The notes: a model not told the origin generated them from the letters alone. Positions 1 to 12,461 are shown, counted from the stretch's first letter. The stretch is 64,000 bases of DNA from Candidatus Dasytiphilus stammeri (GCA_041944325.1 CP145878.1:260852-324851), one strand, 5' to 3'. Translations and numbers: made by a program.

Positions 1-1459
1 GTTTTTTCTGTGGTTCAGTTAGCCACAATCCTAATTTAGTGCGACGCCAAATAGCATCATCTAATCGATAGACCCATTCGTAATTAACTAAATAACGTAG
101 TTCAGCTTCATAAAAATTATGACCGAAATGTTCACCTAAGTCAGATAAACAACTAATCTTATTAAGAAAAATCTCGCTGTGACTGCCATAGGTATATGCA
201 TAGCGCTGTGCAAGTGATTTACTTAGAAAAATATAACGTCGATAAAGATTAGTGGCATAATCATCGAGGTTTTCCCTTATCTTACCGCCTGGTAAGATAT
301 TCTTTTTAGTCCAAGCCGGACCGGAATTTGGATAATATTTTGCTAAATTATTAAGTGCTTGCTCAGCAAGTTTACGATAAGTAGTTAGTTTTCCCCCAAA
401 TACAGATAATAAAGGAGTTCGCCCGTTAATATCACTGATATCCAGAGTATAATCGCGTGTAACGGATTGTGGAGAATCTGATTGATCATCATATAAGGGT
501 CTCACCCCTGAATAAGACCAGATAATATCTTCTTTACAAATACTTTTTTTAAAGTAGTTATTATAAACCTTCAGCAGATAAATTATTTCTTCATCTGAAA
601 TTTTAGCATTTTTGGGATTATCTTTATATTCTATATCGGTAGTTCCAATAATAGAAAATTCATCCAACCAAGGAATCACAAAAACTATACGATGATCTTC
701 ATTTTGCAGAATATATGCCTGGTTTGGTTGATTAACCAGTGGTATCACAATATGGCTACCTTTGATCAGTCGGATCCCATAATTTGAAGGTATTTTGCAT
801 AGTTTTTCAAGCACTATTTTGACCCAAGGCCCGGCGGCATTCACCAATCCTTTAGATTTCCAGGTTATTATTTTACCGCTATCAACATCTTCAGCTTTGA
901 CATACCATAAATAATTTTCACGCCAAGCCCGGATTACTTTAATGCGGGTGCGAACTTTACCTCCATGTCTAATGACTTCCTGTGCATTTAGAACTACTAA
1001 TCTGGCATCATCTACCCAACAATCAGAGTATTCAAAACCCCGCCAAATTTTGGGATGGAGAACTGAATCTTTACCGAATCTGATACTTTTACTCTTTGGT
1101 AAACTTACACGCTGACCTAAGTGGTCATATATCAAAAGTCCGATTCTGATCATCCACGCGGGACGTAAATTAGAACAATGTGGAAGACGAAAACGCATAG
1201 GAAAAACAATATGTGGTGCTAATTTTAATATTATTTCACGTTCTGCCAGGGCTTCCCTAACAAGACGAAATTCATAATGTTCGAGATAACGTAGACCACC
1301 GTGAATCAATTTTGAACTAGCAGAAGATGTTGCACAAGCTAAATCATCTTGTTCTAACATTAGTACCGATAATCCACGTCCCGCAGCATCGGCGGCAATT
1401 CCTGCACCATTGATGCCACCACCAATAACAATTAAATCTTTTAAACTGTTGATTTCCAT
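1..1459 (-). CDS. glpD: aerobic glycerol-3-phosphate dehydrogenase; the last few C-terminal codons lie beyond the window edge
   Basis: Absent from the ORF track because there is no stop in the window. My translation from ATG at 1459-1457 reads MEINSLKDLIVIGGGINGAGIAADAAGRGLSVLMLEQDDLACATSSASSKLIHGGLRYLEHYEFRLVREALAERE. This is essentially the E. coli GlpD N-terminus with the FAD-binding GGGINGAG motif. The frame stays open to position 1. Confidence 0.9.
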   Translation of the reverse strand, partial: MEINSLKDLIVIGGGINGAGIAADAAGRGLSVLMLEQDDLACATSSASSKLIHGGLRYLEHYEFRLVREALAEREIILKLAPHIVFPMRFRLPHCSNLRPAWMIRIGLLIYDHLGQRVSLPKSKSIRFGKDSVLHPKIWRGFEYSDCWVDDARLVVLNAQEVIRHGGKVRTRIKVIRAWRENYLWYVKAEDVDSGKIITWKSKGLVNAAGPWVKIVLEKLCKIPSNYGIRLIKGSHIVIPLVNQPNQAYILQNEDHRIVFVIPWLDEFSIIGTTDIEYKDNPKNAKISDEEIIYLLKVYNNYFKKSICKEDIIWSYSGVRPLYDDQSDSPQSVTRDYTLDISDINGRTPLLSVFGGKLTTYRKLAEQALNNLAKYYPNSGPAWTKKNILPGGKIRENLDDYATNLYRRYIFLSKSLAQRYAYTYGSHSEIFLNKISCLSDLGEHFGHNFYEAELRYLVNYEWVYRLDDAIWRRTKLGLWLTEPQKK

Positions 1460-1521
1460 GTCATAATTCCTTATAATTAGCGTATCGCTCTAAAATTAGA
1501 GATAACGATAATCATTAAAAA

Positions 1522-2097
1522 TTAGTAGTAGGAGTGTATCCCACGTTGATGTTCGGTAAAATCTTGTACCCCTTTAAGTTCGGAGAAAGACTGCAATAAT
1601 TCTATTTCAATATGTTCTTTGAGAGTTAATTTGACCATTGAACATCCATTACAGCCTCCACTAAATTTTAGAATTGCGTAACCTTGATCAGTGATCTCTA
1701 CTAATTTAACATGACCACCATGCGCTGCTAACTGCGGATTAATTTTAGTATTTAGCAGATATTCTACCCGTTCAATCAATGGTGTATCATCGGTAAATTT
1801 GCTAGTTTTAACCTTTGGAGCATTTAATATCAGTTGCGACCCTAATTTATCTACCACTAAATCAATCTCGGCGTTTTCTAGCCAAGGAGCACTAATTTCA
1901 TCAATATAAGTTGAAAATTTCTCAAATTGCAGTTTAATATCGGTCAGCGATACGGTATTAGGTGGACAATAAGAAACACCACATTCCGCCTTATTAGTTC
2001 CAGGATTCATTACAAATACACGGATTTGCGTTCCTTTTGCTTGACTCAATAATAACTTTTTAAAATGTTCTTGTGCTGGCACAGTAATCTTAATCAT
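1522..2097 (-). CDS. nfuA: Fe-S cluster carrier protein NfuA
   Basis: 191 aa, collinear with E. coli NfuA. The GGCNGCSM CxxC motif and the TEHQRG.HSYY C-terminus are present. Confidence 0.95.
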   Translation of the reverse strand: MIKITVPAQEHFKKLLLSQAKGTQIRVFVMNPGTNKAECGVSYCPPNTVSLTDIKLQFEKFSTYIDEISAPWLENAEIDLVVDKLGSQLILNAPKVKTSKFTDDTPLIERVEYLLNTKINPQLAAHGGHVKLVEITDQGYAILKFSGGCNGCSMVKLTLKEHIEIELLQSFSELKGVQDFTEHQRGIHSYY

Positions 2098-2187
2098 AAA
2101 TCCTACCTAAGAAAAAATATTTCTGTTAGAAACCGCGGGTTATTAATCCTCTACAATAAAATTAAAGAATTAAATCTAGTTTAAAGA

Positions 2188-2245
2188 TTATCACGATAAT
2201 TGTAGAGCAATTATGTATATGCAGAATAATTAATTATCGTGATAA
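2188..2245. repeat. perfect 14-bp inverted repeat separated by 30 nt
   Basis: TTATCACGATAATT (2188-2201) and AATTATCGTGATAA (2232-2245), read directly from the sequence. Confidence 0.9.
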
Positions 2246-2407
2246 ATAAATAGTAACTCCAAAATATTAGTTACAAACTTAGGTATGCACTAATCAATCC
2301 GCAACTATTTAGGTCTTAAGATTATCCTAATCATAGCTAATAAGCTGAAGTTTTGAATACTAAACTGGTTACTAAAGGTCATTCTACAGTTATTATTTGA
2401 TCATAGT

Positions 2408-4033
2408 TTAAATTATAGGACCGGCATTAACTAGTTGTTCACCATGTGAGGTATCAAGGTACTTTTTAAAATTATCAATAAACTGATGAGCTAAAACTAT
2501 TGCTTTCTTATACCATTGATTAGGATCTGGATAAGTATTACGAGGATCCAGAAAATGCTTATCAATTCCAGGTAATGATAGTGGTACTGAAATATTAAAG
2601 ATAGGTAAGAGAAAGCTTTCTACTCTTTTAAATTTATCATTTAAAATTGCATTAAGAATAGCACGTGTATAATTAATAGAAATTCGCTTTCCGGTACCAT
2701 CCCAACCAGTGTTAATTAAATAGGCTTCGGCATGAACAGCTTGCATGCGTTTTACTAATACTTCCGCATACTTAAGAGGATGTAGCATCAAAAAAGCCGC
2801 ACCAAAACAAGCGGAAAATGTTGGAATTGGTTCATTGATACCACGTTCAGTTCCTGCTAATTTAGCAGTAAATCCGGATAAAAAGTGATATTCTGTTTGT
2901 TGAGCAGTTAACTTTGATACAGGTGGTAATACCCCAAATGCATCGGCCGTTAGTAAAATAACTTTAGTTGCATGGCCCGCTTTAGAAACCGGCTTCATAA
3001 TGTTATTGATGTGATAAATTGGATAAGAAACCCTGGTATTTTCGGTTTTACTACTGTCATTAAAATCTACGGAACCATCAGCAAGTACGCCAACATTTTC
3101 TAATAATGCATTACGTCGTATAGCATGATAGATATCAGGTTCCTGTTTTTCTGAAAGTTTCAAAGTTTTAGCATAGCATCCTCCTTCAAAGTTGAAAACC
3201 CCATCATTATCCCAACCATGTTCATCATCTCCTATTAATTTGCGTTGTGGATCAGTAGATAGCGTGGTTTTACCGGTGCCAGATAATCCAAAGAAAATAG
3301 ATACATCACCTTTTTTGCCAACGTTAGCTGAACAATGCATTGATGCAATTCCTTTAAGCGGTAATAAGTAATTCATAACTGAGAAAAGTCCTTTTTTCAT
3401 TTCACCGCAGTACCAAGTTCCACCAATGAGTTGCATGTTTTCCGTAAGGTTGAAAGCAATGAAATTTTCTGAATTAAGTTTATGTTCTTGCCAGTAGGAA
3501 TTAACACATTTTGCTCCATTCATTACTACGAAATCAGGTTTAAAATTAGTTAGCTCTGCTTTAGAAGGACGAATAAACATATTTTTTACAAAATGAGCTT
3601 GCCAAGCAACTTCCATAAAAAACCTTACTCCTAACCTAGTATCTTGATTTGCACCACACCAAGCATCTATAATAAATAGGCGCTTCCCAGATAGTTGTTT
3701 AGTAACCAGATATTTTAGTTGCTCCCAAATTTTAGGAGAAATCGGATGATTATCACTTTGACTATTTACTGAATTTGACCACCAAATATTATTGTTGGTA
3801 GTGTTATCGCGAACAATATATTTATCTTTAGGAGAACGCCCCGTAAATATACCAGTATTAACTGCAACTGCACCAGATTGTGTTAAAATTACACGCTCTA
3901 ATCCAGTTAAATTGGCTCGGTTTTCTTCACGATATAAAGTTTCATAATCTGGATTATAGATGATTTCAACTGTGTTAGTAATATTATAGGCTGTGAGATC
4001 TAGTTTTGGTATTGTAGTAAATTTTACACACAT
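2408..4033 (-). CDS. pckA: phosphoenolpyruvate carboxykinase (ATP)
   Basis: 541 aa, collinear with E. coli PckA. Motifs [18 protein letters not shown] and NTGW are present. Confidence 0.95.
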   Translation of the reverse strand: MCVKFTTIPKLDLTAYNITNTVEIIYNPDYETLYREENRANLTGLERVILTQSGAVAVNTGIFTGRSPKDKYIVRDNTTNNNIWWSNSVNSQSDNHPISPKIWEQLKYLVTKQLSGKRLFIIDAWCGANQDTRLGVRFFMEVAWQAHFVKNMFIRPSKAELTNFKPDFVVMNGAKCVNSYWQEHKLNSENFIAFNLTENMQLIGGTWYCGEMKKGLFSVMNYLLPLKGIASMHCSANVGKKGDVSIFFGLSGTGKTTLSTDPQRKLIGDDEHGWDNDGVFNFEGGCYAKTLKLSEKQEPDIYHAIRRNALLENVGVLADGSVDFNDSSKTENTRVSYPIYHINNIMKPVSKAGHATKVILLTADAFGVLPPVSKLTAQQTEYHFLSGFTAKLAGTERGINEPIPTFSACFGAAFLMLHPLKYAEVLVKRMQAVHAEAYLINTGWDGTGKRISINYTRAILNAILNDKFKRVESFLLPIFNISVPLSLPGIDKHFLDPRNTYPDPNQWYKKAIVLAHQFIDNFKKYLDTSHGEQLVNAGPII

Positions 4034-4271
4034 GTAACTACTTCTCTATAAAAAGTTCTTTATTATCATCAAGGAGATAGATGTCTGAATAAAAAATCAA
4101 TATTTGGTTATTGATTTTTAATTAATTTATTTTTTGCTGAAAAGATAGTGATAATTACTGTATTCTTTAGAAGATAATAAAATAAGTTTAAAATTATAGC
4201 AAAATAGATAATATATACAAACTAACCTAAAAATTAAAGATTTAATAAATAATAAGAAGAAATAGAAAACC

Positions 4272-4793
4272 ATGGCAGATAAACGCAATATCTTTCTGAT
4301 TGGACCAATGGGAGCTGGAAAAAGCACTATTGGACGACAGTTAGCTCAACAACTCAATATGGAATTTTTTGATTCAGATCAAGAACTTGAGCGGCGTACT
4401 GGAGCTGACATAGGCTGGGTATTTGATGTAGAAGGTGAAGAAGGTTTCCGCGATCGTGAGGAAAAAATTATTAATGAACTTACTGAAAAACAAGGTATTG
4501 TATTGGCTACTGGTGGTGGTGCCGTAAAATCAAAAGAGACCCGTAAACGCCTTTCAGCACGAGGTATAGTAGTGTACCTTGAAACAACTATAGAAAAACA
4601 ACTCGCACGCACACAACGTGATAAAAATCGTCCACTACTACAAGATTTTGACTCTAGATCAAAGATACTCAAGACCCTTGCTGAGGAGCGCAATCCTTTA
4701 TACGAAGAAACAGCTGATCTAACAGTTTGTACTGATGATCATAGTGCGAAAATGGTTGCCAATAAAATAATGTCGATGCTTAAAAAAATTTAA
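4272..4793 (+). CDS. aroK: shikimate kinase I
   Basis: 173 aa with P-loop GPMGAGKST. Matches E. coli AroK and sits in aroK-aroB synteny. Confidence 0.95.
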   Translation: MADKRNIFLIGPMGAGKSTIGRQLAQQLNMEFFDSDQELERRTGADIGWVFDVEGEEGFRDREEKIINELTEKQGIVLATGGGAVKSKETRKRLSARGIVVYLETTIEKQLARTQRDKNRPLLQDFDSRSKILKTLAEERNPLYEETADLTVCTDDHSAKMVANKIMSMLKKI

Positions 4794-4826
4794 AATTTAT
4801 AAGATCTTAAAAGAAGGTTACTGATA

Positions 4827-5927
4827 ATGGTGGAACGGGTTATCGTTACATTGGAAGAACGCAGTTATCCTATTACTATTGCTGCCGGATTATTGAAAAA
4901 TATTGATTCTTTTTGGCCATTGAAGTCTGGACAACAAGCCATGGTAGTAACAAATCATACAATAGCGCCTATCTATCTCAATAAATTGATGATGCTGTTA
5001 AAAAAGGTGGGCGTTTCTGCTGATCATATTATTATTCCTGATGGAGAGAAATATAAAAATCTTAATGTTTTAAATAATTTATTTACTGAACTTTTATTAA
5101 AATCACATGGTCGTGAGACTACTTTAATTGCATTAGGAGGAGGTGTAATAGGTGATCTAACAGGATTTGCCGCGGCAAGTTATCAACGTGGTGTCCGTTT
5201 TATTCAGGTTCCCACTACTTTACTGGCACAAGTGGATTCATCAGTTGGTGGAAAAACTGCAGTAAATCATCTCCTAGGTAAAAATATGATAGGAGCGTTT
5301 TATCAGCCAGCCTCAGTTGTTGTGGATATCGATTGCTTAAGAACTTTACCTAAAAGAGAACTTATTGCTGGGATTGCAGAAGTTATTAAGTACGGAATTG
5401 CTTTGGATAGTAGTTTTTTTAGTTGGTTAGAAGTTAATATAGATAATTTATTACTGCTCGAATACCAAGCTATAATTGATTGTATTCGTCATTGCTGCGC
5501 CTTAAAAGCCAAGATAGTTGCGGCTGATGAAATGGAAAGTGGAAGTGGTTGGCGTACTTTACTTAATTTGGGTCATACTTATGGACACGCCATTGAAACT
5601 GAAATGGGATATGGTAATTGGCTGCATGGAGAAGCAGTAGCTGCTGGAATCGTTATGGCGGCACGCACCGCTGAAATCTTAGGAAAATTAAAAAAAGTTG
5701 ATAAAGATCGCATTATTGCATTGATACAACGTTCTGGTCTCCCAATTTCTGGTCCATCTAATATGAAACCCCAAAGTTTTCTACCACATATGTTACGTGA
5801 TAAGAAAGTTATCTCCGGTAATTTGCGATTAGTTTTGCCGTTATCATTAGGTAAAGCTGCAGTATGTAGTGGGATTTCATACGATCAGGTATTGTCCGCT
5901 ATCTCAGATTGTCAAAATCTGAGATGA
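4827..5927 (+). CDS. aroB: 3-dehydroquinate synthase
   Basis: 366 aa. [19 protein letters not shown]... is collinear with E. coli AroB, and the [30 protein letters not shown] block is conserved. Confidence 0.95.
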   Translation: MVERVIVTLEERSYPITIAAGLLKNIDSFWPLKSGQQAMVVTNHTIAPIYLNKLMMLLKKVGVSADHIIIPDGEKYKNLNVLNNLFTELLLKSHGRETTLIALGGGVIGDLTGFAAASYQRGVRFIQVPTTLLAQVDSSVGGKTAVNHLLGKNMIGAFYQPASVVVDIDCLRTLPKRELIAGIAEVIKYGIALDSSFFSWLEVNIDNLLLLEYQAIIDCIRHCCALKAKIVAADEMESGSGWRTLLNLGHTYGHAIETEMGYGNWLHGEAVAAGIVMAARTAEILGKLKKVDKDRIIALIQRSGLPISGPSNMKPQSFLPHMLRDKKVISGNLRLVLPLSLGKAAVCSGISYDQVLSAISDCQNLR

Positions 5928-5990
5928 TAGGATAGTGTTCAAAAGAATGATAACCTAAAAATTAAATTTCTAGAATGAGATTCAGTTTTA

Positions 5991-6012
5991 CTGATAAAAG
6001 TAAATTTATCAG
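5991..6012. repeat. 8-bp perfect inverted repeat (hairpin) in the aroB-rpe spacer
   Basis: CTGATAAA (5991-5998), loop AGTAAA, then TTTATCAG (6005-6012). No adjacent U-run. Confidence 0.7.
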
Positions 6013-6139
6013 CACCTCAATTATCAATAACCAGTTTTACTGCAGACTCGCAGCCAAAATAATCGCCAGATAGTAACCTCATCTCAGATACCACTGGAAT
6101 TTTGAGTCAATCCCTTCAAACCTAGAAGGAACAGAAGAA

Positions 6140-6817
6140 ATGAAACCTTTTTTATTATCCTCATCAATTTTATCAGCTGATTTTGCTAGATTAGGTGAAG
6201 AAACTGCTAAAGTTATAGCAGCAGGAGCAGATGTTGTACATTTTGATGTAATGGATAACCATTATGTACCTAACCTAACTTTAGGGCCCATGGTATTAAA
6301 ATCACTTAGGGATTACGGTATTACTGCTCCAGTAGAGGTGCATCTTATGGTCAAACCGGTATCACCTCGAATCATTAAAGAATTTGCCCTAGCCGGTGCA
6401 AATATTATTTATTTTCATCCTGAAACCTCTGAAGATATCGATCGTGATTTACAGCTTATCAAAGAGCATGGATGCCAGGCTGGGTTAGTATTAAATCCAG
6501 ATACTCCCCTAGAGTATCTAAAAGACTTTATGGATATACTGGATATTATTTTACTTATGTCTGTAAATCCAGGTTTTGGTGGACAAATTTTTATTAAGAG
6601 CTCAATTTTAAAAATCCGCCAAACACGTAAGATAATTGATGATAAAGGTTATGATATTTACTTAGAAGTTGATGGTGGAATTAAGGTGAGTAATGTAGGT
6701 GCTATTGCTGCAGCTGGTGCGGACATTTTGGTCATTGGTTCAGCAATATTTAGTCAGTCGAATTATAAAAAAGTGATTAATTATATACGTGCCGAATTAA
6801 AAAATTGTAGAATTTAA
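6140..6817 (+). CDS. rpe: ribulose-phosphate 3-epimerase
   Basis: 225 aa with [12 protein letters not shown] and NPGFGGQ motifs. Occupies the position of rpe in the ancestral aroK...trpS operon. Confidence 0.95.
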   Translation: MKPFLLSSSILSADFARLGEETAKVIAAGADVVHFDVMDNHYVPNLTLGPMVLKSLRDYGITAPVEVHLMVKPVSPRIIKEFALAGANIIYFHPETSEDIDRDLQLIKEHGCQAGLVLNPDTPLEYLKDFMDILDIILLMSVNPGFGGQIFIKSSILKIRQTRKIIDDKGYDIYLEVDGGIKVSNVGAIAAAGADILVIGSAIFSQSNYKKVINYIRAELKNCRI

Positions 6818-6844
6818 AATTAACTTATTACTTGCCAATTCAGG

Positions 6845-7861
6845 ATGTTTTTCATGAAAAACACCATTGTATTTAGTGGTACACAACCTTCAGGGGAATT
6901 AACCATTGGGAATTATATGGGAGCATTGCGTCAATGGGTACAACTGCAGGAAAAATACCATTGCATATATAGTATAGTAGATCTTCATGCTCTTACGGCT
7001 CGTCAGAATTCATTGCGTCAAGCCACATTAGATACTATGGCACTATACTTAGCTTGCGGTCTAAATCCTAAAAAATGTATTATTTTTGTACAATCCCATG
7101 TTCCTGAACATACACAACTGAACTGGATCCTAAATTGTTACACTTATTTAGGAGAATTGAAAAGGATGACACAATTTAAAAATAAAACTTCTCTTGATGC
7201 TGAGAATATTAATACTGCATTATTAGATTATCCGGTATTAATGGCGGCAGACATCCTATTATACCAAACTAAATATGTGCCGGTTGGTGAAGATCAGAAA
7301 CAACACTTAGAACTTACTCGTGCGATTGCTAATCGTTTTAATACACTGTATGGGAATGTATTCAATGTTCCTGAACCATTTCTACCTTCATCAGGAGCTC
7401 GGGTAATGTCACTGCTAGATCCAACTAAAAAAATGTCTAAATCTGATGAGAAACGTAATAATAGTATTGGATTATTAGAATCATCCCAATCGGTTTTAAA
7501 AAAAATTCAACGGGCAGTTACTGATTCAGATAATCCCCCAAAAATACGTTATGATGTAAAAAATAAACCTGGAATTTCTAACTTGTTAAATATTCTAGCA
7601 GGGTTTACTGGTAGACCAATTATAGAATTAGAAAAAGAATTTTCAGATCAAAAATATAAGCAGCTTAAATTAGCAGTCGCTGATTCGGTTTCAGGAATGC
7701 TAAGTGCGTTCCAAGAACGCTATTATAGTTTTCGTTATGATGAAATGTTACTTCGTAAAATTATGCATGATGGTGCATCACAAGCTCGAATTTATGCTCA
7801 GCAAACCTTAAAAACCGTATATGAAGCAGTTGGTTTATTATCTAAGCATGAAATCTATTGA
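6845..7861 (+). CDS. trpS: tryptophan--tRNA ligase (the homology-supported start is probably ATG 6854, MKNTIVFSG)
   Basis: Class I aaRS with a GELTIGNY region and KMSKS. Collinear with E. coli TrpS. Confidence 0.95.
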   Translation: MFFMKNTIVFSGTQPSGELTIGNYMGALRQWVQLQEKYHCIYSIVDLHALTARQNSLRQATLDTMALYLACGLNPKKCIIFVQSHVPEHTQLNWILNCYTYLGELKRMTQFKNKTSLDAENINTALLDYPVLMAADILLYQTKYVPVGEDQKQHLELTRAIANRFNTLYGNVFNVPEPFLPSSGARVMSLLDPTKKMSKSDEKRNNSIGLLESSQSVLKKIQRAVTDSDNPPKIRYDVKNKPGISNLLNILAGFTGRPIIELEKEFSDQKYKQLKLAVADSVSGMLSAFQERYYSFRYDEMLLRKIMHDGASQARIYAQQTLKTVYEAVGLLSKHEIY

Positions 7862-8132
7862 ATTCATCTGAATCAGTTATTAATAAATTCTTAAGATCAT
7901 TAGAGATTGATTTAGATTGGCGCACGAAGGTGAATTGGGTTACCGAGCTGTCATAATGCTTAAAATACTGACGTAGCCAATATTTAAATCATTCATTATC
8001 AATGATATTTAAGATCAACCAAACGAATTGAATCATTGCGAGATCTCAGTATCTTAACTTCATACTCATTACTTCTGCAGCATTTTGTGTTGATGATAAG
8101 GTAATATATCACTTTAAGTAAATTAATTAATG

Positions 8133-8159
8133 AAGTCAGAAGCTTGGTTGACTTTTTTT
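8133..8159 (+). terminator. candidate intrinsic terminator with no adjacent upstream gene
   Basis: AAGTCA (8133-8138) pairs with TGACTT (8149-8154) around a 10-nt loop, and the structure runs into T7. It lies 270 nt after the trpS stop and 43 nt before the dapA start. Confidence 0.35.
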
Positions 8160-8201
8160 ATATATATTTTAATCACACAATAATTTTTAAGGAGAGAGTA
8201 A

Positions 8202-9107
8202 ATGTTTACTGGAAGTATAGTTGCACTGATTACACCAATGGATGATAAAGGAAAGGTTTGCCGATATAGTCTAAAAAAAATCATTGATTTCCATATATCA
8301 AGTGGAACATCTGCAATTGTTTCCGTAGGTACCACCGGTGAATCAGCAACTTTGAGCAATCGTGAACACTGTGATGTCGTTATGCTAACTTTAGAGCTAG
8401 CTAATGGTAGAATTCCAATCATCGCAGGCACAGGAGCTAATGCAACATCTGAAGGTATTTATCTTACTCAACGCTTTGAAAATACCGGTGTGATCGGTTG
8501 TCTTAGTGTTACTCCATATTACAATCGACCAACACAAGAGGGATTATATCAACATTTTAAAGCAATTGCACAGTGCAGTAAATTACCACTAATATTGTAT
8601 AATGTTCCTTCACGTACCGGTTGTGATCTATTACCAGAAACTATTAAAAGATTAGCAAGAATTGAAAATATCATTGGTATTAAAGAAGCCACTGGTAATC
8701 TATCACGCATCAACCAGATTAAATTAATGGTAGATGACCAATTTATTTTGCTCAGTGGTGATGATGCCACCGCATTAGATTTTATACAATTAGGAGGCCA
8801 TGGGGTGATTTCGGTAACTGCTAACCTAGCCGCGCGCCAAATGGTAGAGTTATGTGTATTGGCTAAGCAGGGTAAATTTCTAGAAGCAAGAAATATCAAT
8901 AAGCGCTTAATGCCATTGCACCATCAATTATTTATTGAACCGAATCCAATTCCTGTGAAGTGGGCTCTAAAACAATTAGCCTTAATCACGACGGACACCG
9001 TACGCTTACCAATGACACCTTTATCTTATAGAGGCCGCGTCGCTGTAAAGCAAGCTCTTAAAGAATCCGGATTAATGCCGTTAAATTATCAAGCATCTAC
9101 TATATAA
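8202..9107 (+). CDS. dapA: 4-hydroxy-tetrahydrodipicolinate synthase
   Basis: 301 aa. [17 protein letters not shown]... is collinear with E. coli DapA. Confidence 0.95.
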   Translation: MFTGSIVALITPMDDKGKVCRYSLKKIIDFHISSGTSAIVSVGTTGESATLSNREHCDVVMLTLELANGRIPIIAGTGANATSEGIYLTQRFENTGVIGCLSVTPYYNRPTQEGLYQHFKAIAQCSKLPLILYNVPSRTGCDLLPETIKRLARIENIIGIKEATGNLSRINQIKLMVDDQFILLSGDDATALDFIQLGGHGVISVTANLAARQMVELCVLAKQGKFLEARNINKRLMPLHHQLFIEPNPIPVKWALKQLALITTDTVRLPMTPLSYRGRVAVKQALKESGLMPLNYQASTI

Positions 9108-9159
9108 TAGTAAATCTTAAAACTAAACTTGTCGAGATATAAATTAAGGAAATTATTCA

Positions 9160-10248
9160 GTGGTGTCAACGATTTATAACTTTAGTGCTGGCCCAGCTAT
9201 GATACCGAAAGAGGTGCTTCATAGAGCATCGCATGAATTATCTAATTGGAGAAATTTGGGTTGTTCAGTGATAGAAATTAGCCATCGTAGTAAAGAATTC
9301 TTACATGTTGCCGAAGAAGCAGAAAAAGATTTGCGCGATTTGTTGAAAATTCCATCTAATTATAAAATTTTATTTTGTCATGGGGGTGCTCGTGCGCAAT
9401 TTGCGGCAATTCCTTTAAATTTGTTAGGTAATCGCAGTAAAGCTGATTACATAGATAGTGGATATTGGTCTAATAGTGCCGCCAATGAAGCAAAAAGGTA
9501 CTGTACACCTAATATTATTAATATAAAAAAGATGGTGGATGGAAAACAAGCTTTAACACCGATGCAAAATTGGAAATTATCTGAAGATGCGGATTATGTA
9601 CACTACTGTCCCAATGAAACCATCAATGGTTTAGCTATTCATGATGATCCGGATTTTAAAGAAAAAATTGTGGTTGCTGATTGCTCATCGGTAATACTTT
9701 CACGTCCTATGAAAATTAACCATTATGGCATAATTTATGCAGGCGCGCAAAAGAACATTGGCCCGGCAGGTTTAGCAGTAGTTATTATACGTGAAGATTT
9801 ATTAGGTGCGGCGCGTCTTGAAGTCCCTTCAATTCTTGACTATCAAATACTTGCAGAAAATCATTCGATGTTTAATACTCCACCTACTTTTGCGTGGTAT
9901 CTTTCCGGACTAGTATTTAAATGGTTACAAGAACAAGGAGGAGTTGCGGAAATAGAGAAAATTAACCAGGAAAAAGCGGATTTGCTGTATAGCACTATCG
10001 ATAAAAGTGATTTGTATCTGAACGATGTTGTAATGACGCACCGTTCTATAATGAATGTGCCTTTTAAGCTTGCTGAACCCAGTCTCAACAAACTTTTTTT
10101 ACAAGAATCTTATGCAGTTGGTCTTCGGATGCTTAAAGGTCATCAATCAATTGGAGGAATGCGTGCCTCTATTTATAATGCCATGCCAATTGAAGGAGTC
10201 CATGCTCTCATTGAATTTATGAGATTATTTGAATCCAAATATTGGTGA
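9160..10248 (+). CDS. serC: phosphoserine aminotransferase (GTG start)
   Basis: 362 aa, collinear with E. coli SerC ([21 protein letters not shown]). AAGGA lies 9 nt upstream of the GTG. Confidence 0.95.
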   Translation: MVSTIYNFSAGPAMIPKEVLHRASHELSNWRNLGCSVIEISHRSKEFLHVAEEAEKDLRDLLKIPSNYKILFCHGGARAQFAAIPLNLLGNRSKADYIDSGYWSNSAANEAKRYCTPNIINIKKMVDGKQALTPMQNWKLSEDADYVHYCPNETINGLAIHDDPDFKEKIVVADCSSVILSRPMKINHYGIIYAGAQKNIGPAGLAVVIIREDLLGAARLEVPSILDYQILAENHSMFNTPPTFAWYLSGLVFKWLQEQGGVAEIEKINQEKADLLYSTIDKSDLYLNDVVMTHRSIMNVPFKLAEPSLNKLFLQESYAVGLRMLKGHQSIGGMRASIYNAMPIEGVHALIEFMRLFESKYW

Positions 10249-10331
10249 AGTGAAGTAGAGTAGAGCGATAGCTACTGTTGGATTTTTATTGAAATAAAAT
10301 AATCTTACCTTTTCTGTTATGGAGGGAATCT

Positions 10332-11627
10332 ATGTCGGATAACATTACTATACAACCTATTGCGTTAGTAAATGGCACTATCAATTTACCTGGATCAAAA
10401 AGTATATCTAATCGAGTACTGTTAATAGCCGCTCAAGCACATGGCATTACTCGTTTAAGTAACTTGCTTAATAGTGATGATGTGCGGCATATGCTTCAAG
10501 CATTACGATATATGGGTGTGCATTATGTACTATCAGAGGATCACACAGTTTGTGAGATATTGGGTTGTGGAGGTCCGCTACATGTTAATCATAGAAGAGA
10601 AATTTTCTTAGGAAATGCCGGTACAGCTATGCGACCACTTACTGCTGCCCTTTGTTTAGCTTCAAATGATGTAGTACTTACAGGAGAACCCAGGATGAAG
10701 GAGCGACCTATAGGGCCTTTAGTACAAGCACTCCGACAAGGTGGTGCCAAGATTAATTATCTTGAAAATGATAATTATCCGCCAGTGCATTTATTCGGAG
10801 GTTTTCGAGGTGGAGAAATTGTAATTGATGGCAGTGATTCTAGCCAATTTATCACCGCTTTATTAATGGCCGCTCCATTAGCTTCAATTGATACCAGAAT
10901 CATAATACAAGGTCAATTAGTATCACGTCCTTACATTGATATAACCTTAAATTTGTTACGTGATTTTGGAGTTTGTATAACTAATAATCAATATCGTGAT
11001 TTTAGGATTAGTGGTAATCAGAAATATCAGTCTCCAGGAGAGTATCGAGTAGAAGGAGATGCATCTTCAGCTTCATATTTCTTAGCGGCGGCAGCGGTAA
11101 AAGGTGGTAAAGTGTGCGTGACCGGTATTGGGCGTAATAGTATCCAGGGTGATGTTTATTTCGCTGAAATTATAAAACAAATGGGAGCCCAAGTGGAGTG
11201 GAATGATAATGCCATTATTTGTCAACGTAGTGATGAGCTTCATTCGGTTAATCTAGATATGAACGATCTTCCAGATGCGGCGATGACCTTGGCCATCTTG
11301 TCTCTTTTTGCGAAAGGTACTACTAGATTATCTAATATTTACAACTGGCGTATTAAAGAAACCGATCGTTTAACCGCAATGGCTAAAGAATTACGTAAAG
11401 TAGGAGCAGAAGTAGTCGAAGGTAAAGATTATATATGCATTACACCACCAAAAAAATTCCATTATGCTGAAATTGACACTTATAATGATCATCGCATGGC
11501 AATGTGTTTTTCTTTGATAGCCCTAGCCTCAGTACCAGTAACCATACTAAATGCGAGCTGTATAAAAAAAACCTATCCAGATTATTTTCATCATCTTGCT
11601 AGTATCATTCATAGATCTTCAACTTAA
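10332..11627 (+). CDS. aroA: 3-phosphoshikimate 1-carboxyvinyltransferase (EPSP synthase)
   Basis: 431 aa with [10 protein letters not shown] and [11 protein letters not shown] motifs. Sits in serC-aroA synteny. Confidence 0.95.
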   Translation: MSDNITIQPIALVNGTINLPGSKSISNRVLLIAAQAHGITRLSNLLNSDDVRHMLQALRYMGVHYVLSEDHTVCEILGCGGPLHVNHRREIFLGNAGTAMRPLTAALCLASNDVVLTGEPRMKERPIGPLVQALRQGGAKINYLENDNYPPVHLFGGFRGGEIVIDGSDSSQFITALLMAAPLASIDTRIIIQGQLVSRPYIDITLNLLRDFGVCITNNQYRDFRISGNQKYQSPGEYRVEGDASSASYFLAAAAVKGGKVCVTGIGRNSIQGDVYFAEIIKQMGAQVEWNDNAIICQRSDELHSVNLDMNDLPDAAMTLAILSLFAKGTTRLSNIYNWRIKETDRLTAMAKELRKVGAEVVEGKDYICITPPKKFHYAEIDTYNDHRMAMCFSLIALASVPVTILNASCIKKTYPDYFHHLASIIHRSST

Positions 11628-11629
11628 AA

Positions 11630-12307
11630 ATGAAGCTTGTAGTTCCGGTAATTACGATTGATGGACCAGGAGGAGTAGGTAAGAGCACAGTTTGTCAGGC
11701 TTTAGCTAAAAGGCTAAAATGGAATTTATTAGAATCAGGTGCGATTTATCGGGTTTTAGCTCTTTATGCACTTCATCATCAATTATCTCTTAGTGATCAT
11801 AATACGGAAGCATTATTAATCTCAATGGCAATGCATCTTAATGTGCATTTCTTCAAGATTGGTGAAAAATATGAGGTAATTTCTGATGGAGAAAATCTTT
11901 CAAAAAAAATTTGTATGGAAAAGGTGGGCATAATGGCTTCAAAGATGGCAGTTTTACCTAGCGTAAGAAAAGCATTACTAGGTAGATTACGTGCCTTTAG
12001 AAAATTACCTGGATTAATTGCTGACGGCAGAGATATGGGTACAGTAGTATTTCCTGATGCCATGATCAAAATTTTTTTAGATGCTAGTGTTGAAGAACGT
12101 GTGCGACGCCGTATGTTACAGTTGCAGAAAAACGGTTTTAGTGTTAACGTTGAACAGCTATTTCAAGATCTAAAAAATCGTGATGAACGTGATCGTAATC
12201 GACTAATAGCAGCATTGAAGCCGGCAGATGATGCTAGAATACTTGATGTTACCAATCTTAGTATTGAAGATATTATCGAAAAAGTTTTAGAAGATGCACA
12301 TTTGTAA
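11630..12307 (+). CDS. cmk: cytidylate kinase
   Basis: 225 aa with P-loop GPGGVGKST and the GLIADGRDMGTVVFPDA block as in E. coli Cmk. Confidence 0.95.
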   Translation: MKLVVPVITIDGPGGVGKSTVCQALAKRLKWNLLESGAIYRVLALYALHHQLSLSDHNTEALLISMAMHLNVHFFKIGEKYEVISDGENLSKKICMEKVGIMASKMAVLPSVRKALLGRLRAFRKLPGLIADGRDMGTVVFPDAMIKIFLDASVEERVRRRMLQLQKNGFSVNVEQLFQDLKNRDERDRNRLIAALKPADDARILDVTNLSIEDIIEKVLEDAHL

Positions 12308-12461
12308 GTTTTTTTACTAAAAATCAGAAAACATAAGTGATAACAGCTTCAATTGCGGGTTCCTTTGTAACATGGAAGGTTACAGGAGATATTTACAACA
12401 ATACCATCTCACATGATGTTAGATGGACATTAATTATTAAAAATTCTAAAGATATTACAAT

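Noticed and set aside
4092-4119. An 11-bp perfect hairpin, AAAAATCAATA-TTTGGT-TATTGATTTTT, in the divergent pckA/aroK spacer.
   Set aside because: The stem is almost pure A/T, in a spacer of the same composition. It lies between divergent starts where no terminator is needed. It is plausibly chance, or a relic.
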